From positions 24,180,001-24,244,000 of the forward strand of contig NC_042999.1 in the NCBI RefSeq assembly GCF_006345805.1: 64,000 nt of DNA. Direction: 5' to 3'. Position numbers and translations under genes: made by a program. The notes under the pieces were generated by a model, which did not search any database, was not told the DNA's origin, and saw only the letters and a list, made by a program, of their open reading frames with translations. Shown in pieces: positions 25,831-37,915 of the stretch; the stretch's first letter is position 1; each line of letters opens with the position of its first letter. This DNA is from Octopus sinensis. Lineage: Eukaryota.

Positions 25831-27155
25831 CACAAGCTTTCTCTCTATTATAGGCACAAGGCCTGAATATAGAGGGGACACACACAAACATGCGGGAACA
25901 AAAAAAAATATGAAAGGATGAATTACAAGGAAATAAATTACAATGAATATGAGACGGTTTTCTAGGTCCCACCCCGAGACGAAACCGCGATTACTTTTTT
26001 TACAATTAAGCGTTCTTACAGTATTTTCTTTTTTAGCTCGTTCTTTTTCTTAGTCTTGTTTTTCTTTTTTCTTTAAACTTTGTAACAGTCCATTTTCCTC
26101 ATTTTTTTTTCTTATATGAAGTACAAATTTTACTTACTTATTTTGCCACAGTACGTCAGAAGTAGGATCCATTTCGTTGTCCGTAACGGCTCCGTGGAGT
26201 GGTTTATGGCATCTTCTTCGTTGCCAAAGCTTACTTCCACTGAACCATACTTCTTTCCACGTGCATAGAACATGGTCAATTTTTTCACATTTTCGAAGCA
26301 TTCCTCTATTTCTTCTGTTGGGGCTACCTCTATCTTGTTCGAGGACGTAGACAACGTTCTGTATACTACCGTCATCTTCTCTATGCTTTTCCTCAGTTCT
26401 TCTGGGGGAGTCAGCTTTAGACTGGTTCCCTCCTTTTTTTACAAATTTTCTTCCTTCCTTCCTCTTTCTTGTGTCCATTTCTATTTCCTGCAATTCCAGG
26501 GTGTTGGTATTTATTCCTTGTGACGTTACCGCTGCGTAACTTTGTCTCTTCTCCATCTTTCTTCACTCCTCAGGTAGACGGAGATTATACAGGTGCAAAC
26601 GAAACAGTGACTGAAATTCAGTAATTTACACAATCCAACGAATCGCGGTTCACCCGCGCGGGGAAACCTACAACAAACATACAATATCAATGAGTAACAA
26701 TTTGAACTCACATCGAAGAAATCACAACCCACACGCAGTGGGAATCACCAGCTTTCTCTCTATTATAGGCACAAGGCCTGAATACGGAGGGGACATACAC
26801 AAACATGCGGGACCAAAAAAAATCATATGAAAGAATGAATTAAATTATAATGAATATGAGACGGTTTTCTCAGTCCCGCTACGAGACGAAACCGCGATTA
26901 CATTTTTACAATTAAACGTTCTTACAGTCTGTTTTCTTTTTTTCCCTTTTTTAGCTTGTTCTTTTTCTTAGTCTTTTGTTTTTTTTGTCTCGTTTTTTTC
27001 TTCTTTTTTCTTTATACATTTTAATAGTCTATTTTCCTCTTTTTTTATGAAGTACAAATTTTACTTATATATTTTTAAACATACAATATCAGTGTGTAAT
27101 GATTTCAACTCACATCGAAGAAATCACAACCAACACCCAGTGGAAATCACCAGCT
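25830..27155. repeat. Direct repeats: module B (25836-26149 and 26751-27070) and module A (26675-26753 and 27077-27155)
   Basis: Shared strings TTCTCTCTATTATAGGCACAAGGCCTGAATA..TGAAGTACAAATTTTACTTA and AAACATACAATATCA..CACATCGAAGAAATCACAACC..AATCACCAGCT. Confidence 0.9.
26130..26556 (-). pseudogene. Tx1-like ORF1 N-terminal fragment (frameshifted)
   Basis: MEKRQSYAAVTSQ (SYAAV motif), then in a shifted frame ARGKKYGSVEVSFGNEEDA (RRM-like). Confidence 0.6.
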
Positions 27156-27629
27156 AGGGAATAAAACTCACCCCGCTCGCAAAATATTATATGCTTTTTC
27201 CAGCGACGAACCGTCGTTGATCTCGAAAAAGTTAGAAATAAGCTATGTCAAATCTCTGAGCGAGATGTAAACAGTAGCAATACGGAATCGTAACATATAA
27301 TTGCCAACCATATGTGGCGTCCTATACTGGACAGTGCTACTGGCGTTTACAACTCCAGTTGACTAGCAACACACATTTTGTGTCCGATTAGTATTTCCGA
27401 GGGGAGATCATCGCTCCCATCCATAGCCTTACGTGATACACACAGACTCCAGTTTCTGGGTGGTTACCCGTCCTCAGCGTGTGTTAATCACCATCCAGTG
27501 ATGAAAACGCACTCCACTCGCAAAACACTATATTCTTATTGCCCCGGTGGCACAATGGATTAGCGCGCACCGTACATATAGACAGTACCTTCCTTGTGTT
27601 AGTCTGAAGTCTGATGATATGCTGTCGGC

Positions 27630-28223
27630 TGAAGAGCTGGTGTGGCTGTGTTGTAAGTAGCTAGCTTCCCAACTTTAAGGTTCCGGATTCAGTCCCACGA
27701 CGTGGCACGTTTAGAAAGTGTCTTCCGCTATAGTCTCGGGCCAAGCAAGGCCTTGCGAGTGGATTTGTTATACGGAAACTGAGAAATGCCCGTTTTGCAT
27801 ACTCTTTACTCTTTTACTCTTTTACTTGTTTCAGTCATTTGACTGCGGCCATGCTGGAGCACCGCCTTTAATCGAGAAACTCGACCCCGGGACTTATTCT
27901 TTTGTAAGCCCAGTACTTATTCTATCGGTCTCTTTTACCGAACCGCTAAGTAACGGGGACATAAACACACCAGCATCGGTTGTCAAGCAATGCTAGGTGG
28001 ACAAACACAAACACACAAACACACACACGCACATATATATATATATATATACATGTATACGACGGGCGTCTTTCAGTTTCCGTCTACCAAATCCGCTCAC
28101 AAGGCTTTTTGGTCTGCCCGAGGCTATAGTAGAAGACTCTTGCCCAAGGTGCCACGCAGTGGGACTGAACCCGGAAACATGTGGTTGATAAGCAAGCTAC
28201 TTACCACACAGCCACTCCTGCGC
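27630..28223. mobile_element. SINE A head (+, 27630-27790) facing a full SINE A (-, 27810-28223)
   Basis: Family A motifs in opposite orientations. Confidence 0.85.
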
Positions 28224-28654
28224 ATGTGTGTGTGTGTGTGTGTGTTTCTGCAACCACTGCTTGACAACCCGTGTTGGTTTGTTTACGTCCCGCAAGCTAG
28301 CAATCCGGGAAAGAGACCAACACATTAATTAACAGACTAAACTTTCTACTTTCTTACATATTTTCATCGAAGTAGTTAGTATTTGTACTTCTTCTTAATT
28401 ATGTTATATGCATTGCAGTCTGTCTTCTTGTACGTGCTTAAAACCGTCAATCGATCTGCATATTACAGTTAATCGATCTGGTTATTTCTACTGTGGTAGT
28501 TAGGAAGAATAGATTTTTAAAGAGATACAAGAAACCAAAAAAGTAAATAAATAAATAAAAAAAGCAACAAATATCTTCCGGTTCTCGGATCTCTTTATTA
28601 TGAATGTAGCATCCATTAAAGTTGGAAACTTCGTAACGTTGATAAACATAGGAT

Positions 28655-29275
28655 GTGGGAGTGTCTATGTGGTAAGTAGCTTGCTTACTTACCACATGGT
28701 TCCGGGTTCAGTCCCACTGCGTGGAAACTTCGGCAAGTGTCTTGAACTATAGCTTCGGGCGGACCAAAGCCTTGTGAGTGGATTTGGTAAACGGAAACTG
28801 AAAGAAGCCCATCATATATATATATATATATACGATGGGCTTCTTTCATATATATATATATATATCTTCTCTCTATATATAAACGACAGTTTGTCTGTGT
28901 GTGTTTCTGTGTGTCTGTTAGGTTGTACCCTCACCCTGACCATGGCTTTCAATCGATTCTGATGAAACTTGACACACACATAGCCCAATGTCATAATTCA
29001 AAACTAACGCAGCGAAAATTTTGAAAAGTTCCCCCAGTTCTGAAAAAAATCGATAAATTCGACATGGGGTCGAGAATCAGAAACACAAACCACAGACTGT
29101 CTAGGGGACGCAACTCGACCTTTTTAACTAAAAAAAATTTACCATCATTTTTTTCCCATTTTTTGGCTATAACTCTCTAAAAATGCTTTATAGTTATTTC
29201 CCTTACAAACCCGAGCAACGCCGGGTGATACTGCTAGTATATAATATGTATGTATGTATGTATGTATATATATAT

Positions 29276-29318
<43 letters not shown>

Positions 29319-29334
29319 TATATATATATATATA

Positions 29335-29377
<43 letters not shown>

Positions 29378-29670
29378 TATTAGTGTGTCTGAGTTTGTCT
29401 TCCCACCATCGCTTGACAACCGATTTTGGTGTGCTTACGTCCCCGTAACTTAGCGATTCGGCAAAAGAGTCCGATTAAATATGTGCTAGGCTTACAACGA
29501 ATACGTCCTAGGGGTCGATTTGCTCGACTAAAGGCGGTGCTCTAGCATGGCCACAGTCAAATGAGTCCGATTAAATATGTACTAGGCTTACAAAGAATAC
29601 GTTCTGGGATCGATTCGTTCGACTAAAGGCGGTGCTCCATCACGGCCACTGTCAAATGACTGAAACAAAT
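28655..29670 (+). mobile_element. SINE A split in its central microsatellite by a Helitron-like insertion; about 95-bp duplication in the tail
   Basis: Head 28655-28812, tail 29380-29670; GAGTCCGATTAAATATGT repeated at 29468 and 29563. Confidence 0.8.
28864..29239 (-). mobile_element. Helitron/HINE-like element, alternative 3' subfamily
   Basis: Reverse complement of the TACTAGCAGTATC 5' end at 29239; a different internal/3' portion ends in ATATAGAGAGAAGAT. Confidence 0.7.
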
Positions 29671-30532
29671 AAAAGAATATACGCAATGCATTTACACTTA
29701 ACACAAATACTACAAGCTCTTCAAAAGAACCATCGTTTAAACTTACAGCTACATTGAAAGCATCGCTATGTTTGTAGCCCTAAGTATTGATACCGGTGAG
29801 GCAGACTCTCTACCTGAATGAAGCCTCACAACGTTATGTCCATTCTCTCATAAGTGCTTTAAATGAAGTGAACTAAAAAAGTTAATGCTATTGAAACTGC
29901 AACTGGTTTTATATTCAGAACCACTCCTTTAGGCACAGAAACAAAAGAATTTTCACCTGATTATCCTACAACATCTGGAGATTGAATGCGAAAACGATCA
30001 ATAATACTACATTAATCTAGTTCGTACTCGAAATTGTAACACCTTTGTTGATTCAATCAGATAGCGCTGATCTCGCCTTGGCTTGCAGAGAAATATATTA
30101 ACCTCATTTTTAGATAAAAAAATATAAACAACCAAACAATTAAGTGTTGATGTATAGAAACAAACAAAAAAGTATCTCTCGACACACCTTTTATGAATTC
30201 AAATATTAAGTACACAACTTGCTCCAACAACATTAAGTCACAAAGGACGCCGGCCATCAGTAGCGTAGCTAGATAGAGATGAAGGGTGCTGTTCGCCGCT
30301 GGGTGGCACTTTTATGCATCACGTGTCAACCTCTATAGTTGGGGGAGTTAAACTCAAGGGTTGCTCCTAGAGGCCGATACACTAACTACGCCGTAGTAAT
30401 ATGGTAAAAAAACAAACAGGAGCATCCTCTAAATGCTAAAAATACCAACTAAATCCATCTCAAATTAAACCTTAATTTCATTGAAAATAAAACAATACAC
30501 ACACATGCATACAAACACACACACAAACATGT

Positions 30533-30660
30533 ACGGTAATGCCTCGATATACAAGTTAATTCGTTTCCGGAGAACGCTCGTAAAATGAAAACTCGTAAGC
30601 AGAAAATAAAATACGTAAAAACTCATAAACACGGGGTTGCGTAAAGCGGGTCCTCCTAAA
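30533..30660. mobile_element. Possible pogo/Tigger-type MITE remnant
   Basis: TACGGTAATGCCTCGATATAC resembles a Tigger TIR; the right end is degenerate. Confidence 0.3.
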
Positions 30661-30665
30661 GTTAG

Positions 30666-30715
<50 letters not shown>

Positions 30716-31568
30716 TTATATATACATACATGCATACATACATACATACATACACATACAGTCTCTCTCTCCCTCTCTCACAGACACAGGAGATGAAGCC
30801 GACTTCGAAGACGGCGATGTATATATATATAGAGAGAAAGATATTATGGCATGGTTTCGCCTCCATAAAGCGCTTAGCTTTACACACGTATCGTCAAACC
30901 CAAGATCTTTACCTTGTCCAATATATATAGAAAGTCACCCGCTAGCAACATTTTCCCGGCTTCTGAGGGTAAATACCCAATTTTTCGCTGCCGTTCTCAC
31001 AACTATACCACATTGGGAATTTACTTTCTTGTCTCTAGAATAACGACCAAAGTTTGTTTTGGAAGCAAAATAACAACCAAAGTTTGCTTCCAAAGTTTGT
31101 TTATAAAATGTTGTTGAATTCGAAGAAGCCATCATTTAGCTTTAAAATTGACGGCAATTGTTGTTAAGTGACCGTTTATCTTAATAGGCGAGTAATCCCC
31201 TTGGTGTCTAAGGGAAACGGGTTCGACCCCCATAGTTTCCTTCTCGCAACTTTGTTTCTGTCATATACGGGTAAATACCCAATCTTTTTTGCTGTTTTCA
31301 CAGCTATATTGCGTTCGAAATTCTGTAATATACAATTCACGTCATTTTAAATATCAATATTTGGAAAAAACAAAGTCCAAAGCACTTTAATCGTTCTGTT
31401 GTTATAAGCTTATACGTGTGTGTGTGTGTGTATGCGTGTGTGAATGCGCGTGTGTGAAGGTGTGTGTATGTATGTATTTGCATATGGACGTAGCCATGGC
31501 TATACAGAGAGATTAATTCGCTTTCCAACGATGATACATACATACATACACACACACACATACACACA

Positions 31569-31655
<87 letters not shown>

Positions 31656-32546
31656 CAAGGTGGGAGAAAAGTAAGTAGCCATTAAAAATTGCTAATAAAA
31701 TCCATATTCCTTTTACAAATTTATTGAAAGGATACATGTTCTGTATTACATGGGAAAATGGAAGTAAATCTTCATATCTCAACGTAAGAACTGGTGGCAT
31801 CAACCAGTTTCCTCAAACGGTCAGGGGTGGAATGAACAGCCTTCTGAAGGACGTTGTCTGGGATATCACTGAGAACCTCCTGGATCTGTATCTCCAAGTC
31901 CTCTAGTATGCGAGGTTTTATCTTGTACACCTCTTCTTTTGTGTAATTCCACAAGTAAAATTCATATGGCCTAAGATCTGGTCTTCTTGGAGTTCTGGGC
32001 TTCTGGATTTCTGCGGTCACAGTCTTCAGGTTTTAGCTCCTGCTCGCAATGGGTTTTCCACGGACAAAAATTCAATTCTTTATACAAGACCGTATGTATT
32101 GTCTATCTTGCTAGTCCACTTTCACGAGCTGCTTGACGTGTTGATTTTTGCGGGCTGCGATCAAACATTTCCTACACTGTTGCCACGTTTTCTGCTGATC
32201 GGGATGTGGTTGGACGGCCACTTCTTCTGGCATCGTTTACAGAGCCCGTGGTCATCAGCTTTGCCTGACAACTTTTTATTGCCTCCGGACGTAGTGTTAC
32301 ATGCTTACCTTTCCATGCACACCTCTGAACCAAAACAATGGAATTCCAGACTTTATAGTGTGGTGCTATCTTAGCCCGCTCCTGAACAGTCAAACCACCG
32401 GCCATCTGGAAAATAAGAAATAAGGAATGAGACAATAAGAAATCGCCATTAGTGTAGTCTGTTCGAAAATGTTTTCGTCATGACTTCAGTGATAGTAGAA
32501 ATTCTACAAGCAGTTCCTAATGCCTACTCACTTTCCACCAACACTG
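31656..32546 (-). mobile_element. Internally deleted Tc1/mariner element with both TIRs
   Basis: Imperfect TIRs CAAGGTGGGAGAAAAGTAAGTAGCCATTA and CAGTGTTGGTGGAAAGTGAGTAGGCATTA in TA tracts; N-terminal HTH with RRSGRP, C-terminal PRRPDLRPYEFYLWNYTKEEVY (WPPRSPDL..DFFLWG-like). Confidence 0.85.
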
Positions 32547-32555
32547 TATACATAC

Positions 32556-32643
<88 letters not shown>

Positions 32644-32944
32644 AAACAATTCAAAAATAGAAAATGCTAAGATGATTTTATAGTGAATCTTTCAGTACCG
32701 GTTTTGTTCCATTGTGGGATTATGTGTTGTTTCATTTGGTATGTTGTATTTGGTATGAGTATTGATCCCATATATTTGGTATGAGTATTGATCCCATATA
32801 TTTGGTATGAGTATTGATCCCATATAATGACGCGTTTGGAGGTCCTTGGTTAGCGTTGTTAGATAAGATACCCTTATCACCAGGAACTATCCACCTTCAC
32901 TTATTGACAAGTGCATTCAACGTGCCCTTCAACTTGTTAGATAA

Positions 32945-33685
32945 GATACCCTTATCACCAGGAACTATCCACCTTCACTTATTGACAAGTGCATTCAACG
33001 TGCCCTTCAACTTAACATCAAGGAACTGAGACATCCCAAATCAAAGAAAAACTTACAACCAAAAGCCTTACCATACATCTCCACACACAACCCTCTCAAT
33101 AACGAAGCCTTCGACACCATCCTCCACAACATACCCCTCCTAAAAAAAGACCACAGAATGAACACAATCCTCCAAACACACACGATCATAAAAAGCAAAA
33201 GACAGCCTAGATCCATGAAAAGTCTCCTTACACAAGCCCGAATTCACTCTTCAACACAGAAGCCGACAGTAAAAAAATGTGGAAGACCCAATTGCGGGAT
33301 ATGCGACTATCTAATTGAGGGATCAGAGTTCTCCTTCAAACAGGGACAACGGTTTACAGTGAAAAGCAACTTCACATGTGCTTCGGAGAACCTAATATAC
33401 TCACTAACCTGCTCCGGGTGTCAAGAGCAGTACATAGGCCAAACAAAAAATGGTTTGCGTAAACGAATGGCCCTGCACAGATCCCAGATAAAAATTCCCC
33501 AAAACAGAAAAATAGCTTTTAGCCAACACATAGATACTTGCGCCAACAAAAAAACACCAAACTTCAGAATTTTCCCCCTCTACCAATTTAGGGACGATAC
33601 AACCTCGAGACAACGAATAAGTAAAGAAAATCTCTTTATTACAAAATACAAGCCACTTCTTAACGGGTCTACGACAAACAATTAA
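32945..33685 (+). CDS. Penelope-like element ORF C-terminus: RT thumb/linker plus GIY-YIG endonuclease, 246 aa open
   Basis: TLITRNYPPSLIDKCIQRAL..CGRPNCGIC..CASENLIYSLTCSGCQEQYIGQT..RMALHRSQI..KENLFITKYKPLLN; the Cys-rich linker is Neptune-like. 5'-truncated. Confidence 0.9.
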   Translation, partial: DTLITRNYPPSLIDKCIQRALQLNIKELRHPKSKKNLQPKALPYISTHNPLNNEAFDTILHNIPLLKKDHRMNTILQTHTIIKSKRQPRSMKSLLTQARIHSSTQKPTVKKCGRPNCGICDYLIEGSEFSFKQGQRFTVKSNFTCASENLIYSLTCSGCQEQYIGQTKNGLRKRMALHRSQIKIPQNRKIAFSQHIDTCANKKTPNFRIFPLYQFRDDTTSRQRISKENLFITKYKPLLNGSTTNN

Positions 33686-33804
33686 TATACCTCAACTTTA
33701 GAATAAAAGAAATATATACACACACAAATATTACACTCCATAGAATCCATTACTAATCAGCCCCATCAAAGCTATACTTACACCCATTCATATTCTCCCT
33801 TCTC

Positions 33805-34020
33805 TGTTTTTTTCTTCTTCTTCTTCTTCCTCTTCTTCTTCATCATCATCATTATCATCATCATCGTCGTCATCATCATCACCACCATCATCACCACCAT
33901 CATCACCACCATCTTCTCCTTCTTCTTCTTCTTCTTCTTCTTCTTCTTCTTCTTCTTCTTCTTCTTCTTCTTCTTCATCATCATCATCAACATCGTCATC
34001 TTCTTCTTCTTCTACTTCTC
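33805..34020. repeat. (CTT)n/(CAT)n/(CAC)n trinucleotide mosaic inside the PLE 3' region
   Basis: Direct read. Confidence 0.9.
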
Positions 34021-34044
34021 CACCTTCCACCCCTTAACCTTGTC

Positions 34045-34490
34045 ACTAATGTCTTTCAGTATAACGCCTACGCAAATTCCATAAACAATTCCTGAATTGA
34101 ACTGCGACTACTGTCAGCCACTGTCAGCCACTGACCATTCAAAATACGACCATTAAGGCATTCCCAGATTTCCCCACCCCTCTCCACACCAGCCTCATTA
34201 TTCTTCACCTATCCTACCAAGAACTCAAAACGACCTCGAACACACAAGTGCAAACAAGGGAGTCAGAGAAAGGCAGAATGCTACTTATATCTGAACACTA
34301 CTACAGAAATATTCTTTTAAAAAAACTTTTCTTCTAATTTTTCTAAATTTAATTATTTAATCGTTACATTTGAAAAGGTCTCAAAATGACCGAAACCGGT
34401 ACTGAAAGATTCACCATAAAATCATCTTAGCATTTTCTATTTTTGACTTGTTTTTTCATATATATCAACTCGTGTATTCCTTTCCACCCT
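34045..34490 (+). mobile_element. PLE 3' UTR/pseudo-LTR with hammerhead at 34367-34404
   Basis: Follows the GIY-YIG ORF; matches 18853-19075 and, inverted, 32640-32700. Confidence 0.75.
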
Positions 34491-34491
34491 T

Positions 34492-34536
<45 letters not shown>

Positions 34537-34537
<1 letters not shown>

Positions 34538-35600
34538 CGGGAAGCTTTATGAAAATAAACAAAAGACGAAGGCAGGTGGAATACAAACAAACAATTGTAT
34601 TAGTATGGCGCTCAGGAATATAAATAAAACAAGTCTTTTACGTTTCGAGCCTACGCTTTTCAACAGAAAGATACACAGAAAAGAAACACGGAGAGAAACA
34701 AGGAGAGAAAAAGAATGCGTGCAGAAGCTAGCGAATCAACATGGCGATCTGATTCCGGCCAGAAGTCAGAGATCAAACATGAGACGCAAGAGCGAAAATA
34801 GGGGAGATAACAGGGTCAAATGACCACGCCCCAACATAAGGGTGTGTGTGTGTATGAGAGAGTATGTAGTGCGTATGAGAGGTCTGGACGTGTGTACGTA
34901 TGATGTGATATGTAATGTCGTATGGTGTAGTGTAGAGAGAGGAGATGAGCGGAGAGGGGGAGGAGCTAAGTGGGAGGAGGGGGTAAGGGGAGAGAGAGGA
35001 GAGGAGAGATGAGGGGGAGAGAAGGGATGGGGACAGTGGGAGAGGGGAAGGAAGGAAGGAAGTAGGAAGAGAGGAAGAGGGGGAAAGGGAAAGAGGAGGG
35101 GAAAAGGAAAGAGGAGAAGGGGAGGGAGGAGGGAGAAGGGCGAAAGGTGAGAGTGAGGAGGGTGAGGGGGGAAGGAAAGAAGGAGTGGGTGAGGGTGAGA
35201 TGAAATGAGGGGGAAGGGGGAGGGGGAGACGGACAGAGAAGAGGAGGGAGGGGAGGGAGGGGGAGGGGGAAGGGGGAGAAGGAAGGAGAGGAGAAGAGGA
35301 GGGAGGATAGAGGGATGGGGAGAGAGGGGGAGAGAGAAGGAGAGTGAGGGAGCAGAGAGAAAGAGGAAGGGGAAGAGGGAAGAAGAAAGAGGGAAGAAGG
35401 GAAGAGGAGGGAAAGAGAGTAGTGGTGAAAGGATGAAGGACTGAAGAGAAGTAGAGAGGGGGTTAGATGAGAAGGGGGGAGAGTTGAGACCAAATGGCGT
35501 AAAAGAGCGAAGAGAGATGATTAATTCCTGTTCACGGCGCAAACGGGAATCCGGATGGCCTCTGTGCAAGGACAAACCGAACAGAGACAGGTGTTGCAAG
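34537..35600 (-). mobile_element. Second PLE 3' fragment (GIY-YIG C-terminus, polypyrimidine tract, hammerhead at 34634-34671)
   Basis: LSLFGLSLHRGHPDSRLRREQELIISLRSFTPFGLN is a GIY-YIG C-terminal E..LI..L....P.GLN motif. Confidence 0.7.
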
Positions 35601-35605
35601 GAGTG

Positions 35606-35670
<65 letters not shown>

Positions 35671-35696
35671 TATATATATATATATATTATATATAT

Positions 35697-35944
35697 GGAG
35701 GCGCAATGGCCCAGTGGTTAGGGCAGCGGACTCGCGGTTTAGGTGTTTGAGTGAAAACACCTAAAGCTCTACGAGGCTCCGGCAGGGGATTGTGGCGATC
35801 CCTGCTGTACTCTTTCGCCACAACTTTCTCCCACTCTTTCTCCTGTTGGCCTGCTCGCTTTGCCATTTGAAGCCTAAAACAATGCGAACCGCATTGCGAC
35901 CAGGAATGTGTCGCAACATCTGATAGCCTCACGGCGATCACGGT

Positions 35945-35945
<1 letters not shown>
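35697..35945 (+). mobile_element. SINE family C
   Basis: Same head and tail type as 12639-12946, with internal deletions. Confidence 0.85.
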
Positions 35946-35976
<31 letters not shown>

Positions 35977-35977
<1 letters not shown>

Positions 35978-36131
35978 TTTATTTTAAGCAGCAGAAAATT
36001 CAACAAAATCTGTTACTCTGAGTTTCTCGTTGCCGTTCATCAGACAGTTTTTGCTAGAATGGAACTGATGAACGGCAACGAGAAACTCAGAGTAACAGAT
36101 TTTGTTGAATTTTCTGCTGCTTAAAATAAAG
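35977..36131. repeat. Perfect 67-bp inverted repeat (21-bp spacer) of a PLE-like end
   Basis: 35977-36043 is the exact reverse complement of 36065-36131, flanked by (TA)n. Confidence 0.95.
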
Positions 36132-36231
36132 TATATATATATATATATACCGGAGTAAACACATAAATGTGAAACAAGGTGGAAAAAAGAGTACTCAAAT
36201 ACCAGTGGTAGAGTAATATGCTTTATTTTAA

Positions 36232-36284
<53 letters not shown>

Positions 36285-36418
36285 TCGACGAAGGTTAATT
36301 TTCGGTGGCCTACAATTCGAATTCGGTGTCACCAACCTACTGAAAGTTTAATAAATGTACTCAGCTAAAAAGCATTGAGAAGTTGTTTCAGGTAGTGTTA
36401 AATTCTTATATATATATA

Positions 36419-36653
36419 TTGGGTTGGTGCATAATTATTGCGGCTTTTTACAACAAAAATTTATTCAACAATAACAAAGTTTAACAAAAACATCTTTAAA
36501 TGACGGTCCAACCGTCTGCCAAGCAAACGATAATCGGTAATTGAAGTGAATATGCTCCGGAATAATCATTTAAAGATGTATTTGTTACATGTATTTGTTT
36601 TTGTTGAATAACATTTGTTGGAAAAAAGCCGCAATAATTATGCACCAACCCAA
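36419..36653. mobile_element. Mariner-type MITE (235 bp)
   Basis: TIRs TTGGGTTGGTGCATAATTATTGCGGCTTTTT / AAAAAAGCCGCAATAATTATGCACCAACCCAA (Hsmar1/Made1-like), at a TA site on the left. Confidence 0.9.
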
Positions 36654-37915
36654 TTCATATAGTAGAAGACACTACTTGCCCAAGCTGCCACGCGGTGGGA
36701 ATGAACCGGGAACCATGTGGTTGGTAAGCAAGTTTCTTACCACACAGCCACACTATTTGATGTCCAAATCGTGATATATATATATAGGGTAGAAATCAAT
36801 AATAAAAACATTTATCGATCTATTATCAGTTGACCTATAAGTTAAATTTCTTACTCTTCCTCGAATATTCTGATATTACTTTATAGTTCCTATCTTAACA
36901 TCGATTTCAAACCTAATTTCCAAGAAATGATAGCTTTCTGCTTGTAACAAGAAAATACGACGTATTAGTGCTTATGTACCTATTGGTGTCATCGAGTGCA
37001 AGTTTGTTTTTTATTTGTTAATTGTAACCTCGAGTGCATACAAATGCGTAAATGCGTTATTTTTAGAGAATGTCCGGCATGGAACTTAGAAACGTGTCAA
37101 GCAAGTAGACACTCCGTTGGTTTCTATATGCCCTATACAAACTATTGATTAGAAGGTATCAACGAATTTGTATTAAATTTTGTGTATTTTATGGCGGCTA
37201 AAGCTGTCACAACTGGTTGAGTCGATAGCATGTGCCATTGCCAGACAGAGTATCTTCGGTTCAAATTGCATCGTTGGTAGAGCTGAATGTTGCATCTAGG
37301 GTCATTTTTGAAGTGAGTATATCCATCTATAATAGTTCCAGGCGTTTTTGCTGTCAGGGACCCGCTTTTTAGTTAAATTAATTATTCCACGGGCAGCAGG
37401 TTTTCGAAAAATTTATAACCAGCTAGCGTTCCCTCATATTACTTTTGCAGACTCCCAGAGATCCGCAGACCCACGTAAAATAGATCCTAGATAAGCAATT
37501 ACTATAAGCTTATTGCTCTTTACCCTAAGGTTGGTCCTTATGTGGCTGAGTGGGATCTTTTCCTTTTTTGGGATATTTTCCTTTTGAACGGCAGATTGAG
37601 AAATTAATTTTTTGTAACTAAACACTTTCAAACTTCGGACACTGGTAGAACGTGTCATATAAAACATCTTTTACTCTTAGTGTTGTTGAGAAAATGAATT
37701 TCTCGATCTGACATTCAAAGGGTAAAGATCCGCTGAGTGTACCTGTAATTTAATAGTTACAGCCTGGCCACCCACTGACACACACAAATGCATTAAACCA
37801 ACACATGTTTGTGGACCGCCTAGCCACTTGGCCATAAGCATGTTAATTCAAGAACAGGTGATTCAATGATTCAGGTGATTCAATGACTGAGCCATCATCG
37901 TTGACCAACTGATAT

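Noticed and set aside
34766-35599. 277-aa ORF, the longest in the track
   Set aside because: Only the first about 40 residues are PLE endonuclease; the rest is a translated polypyrimidine tract.
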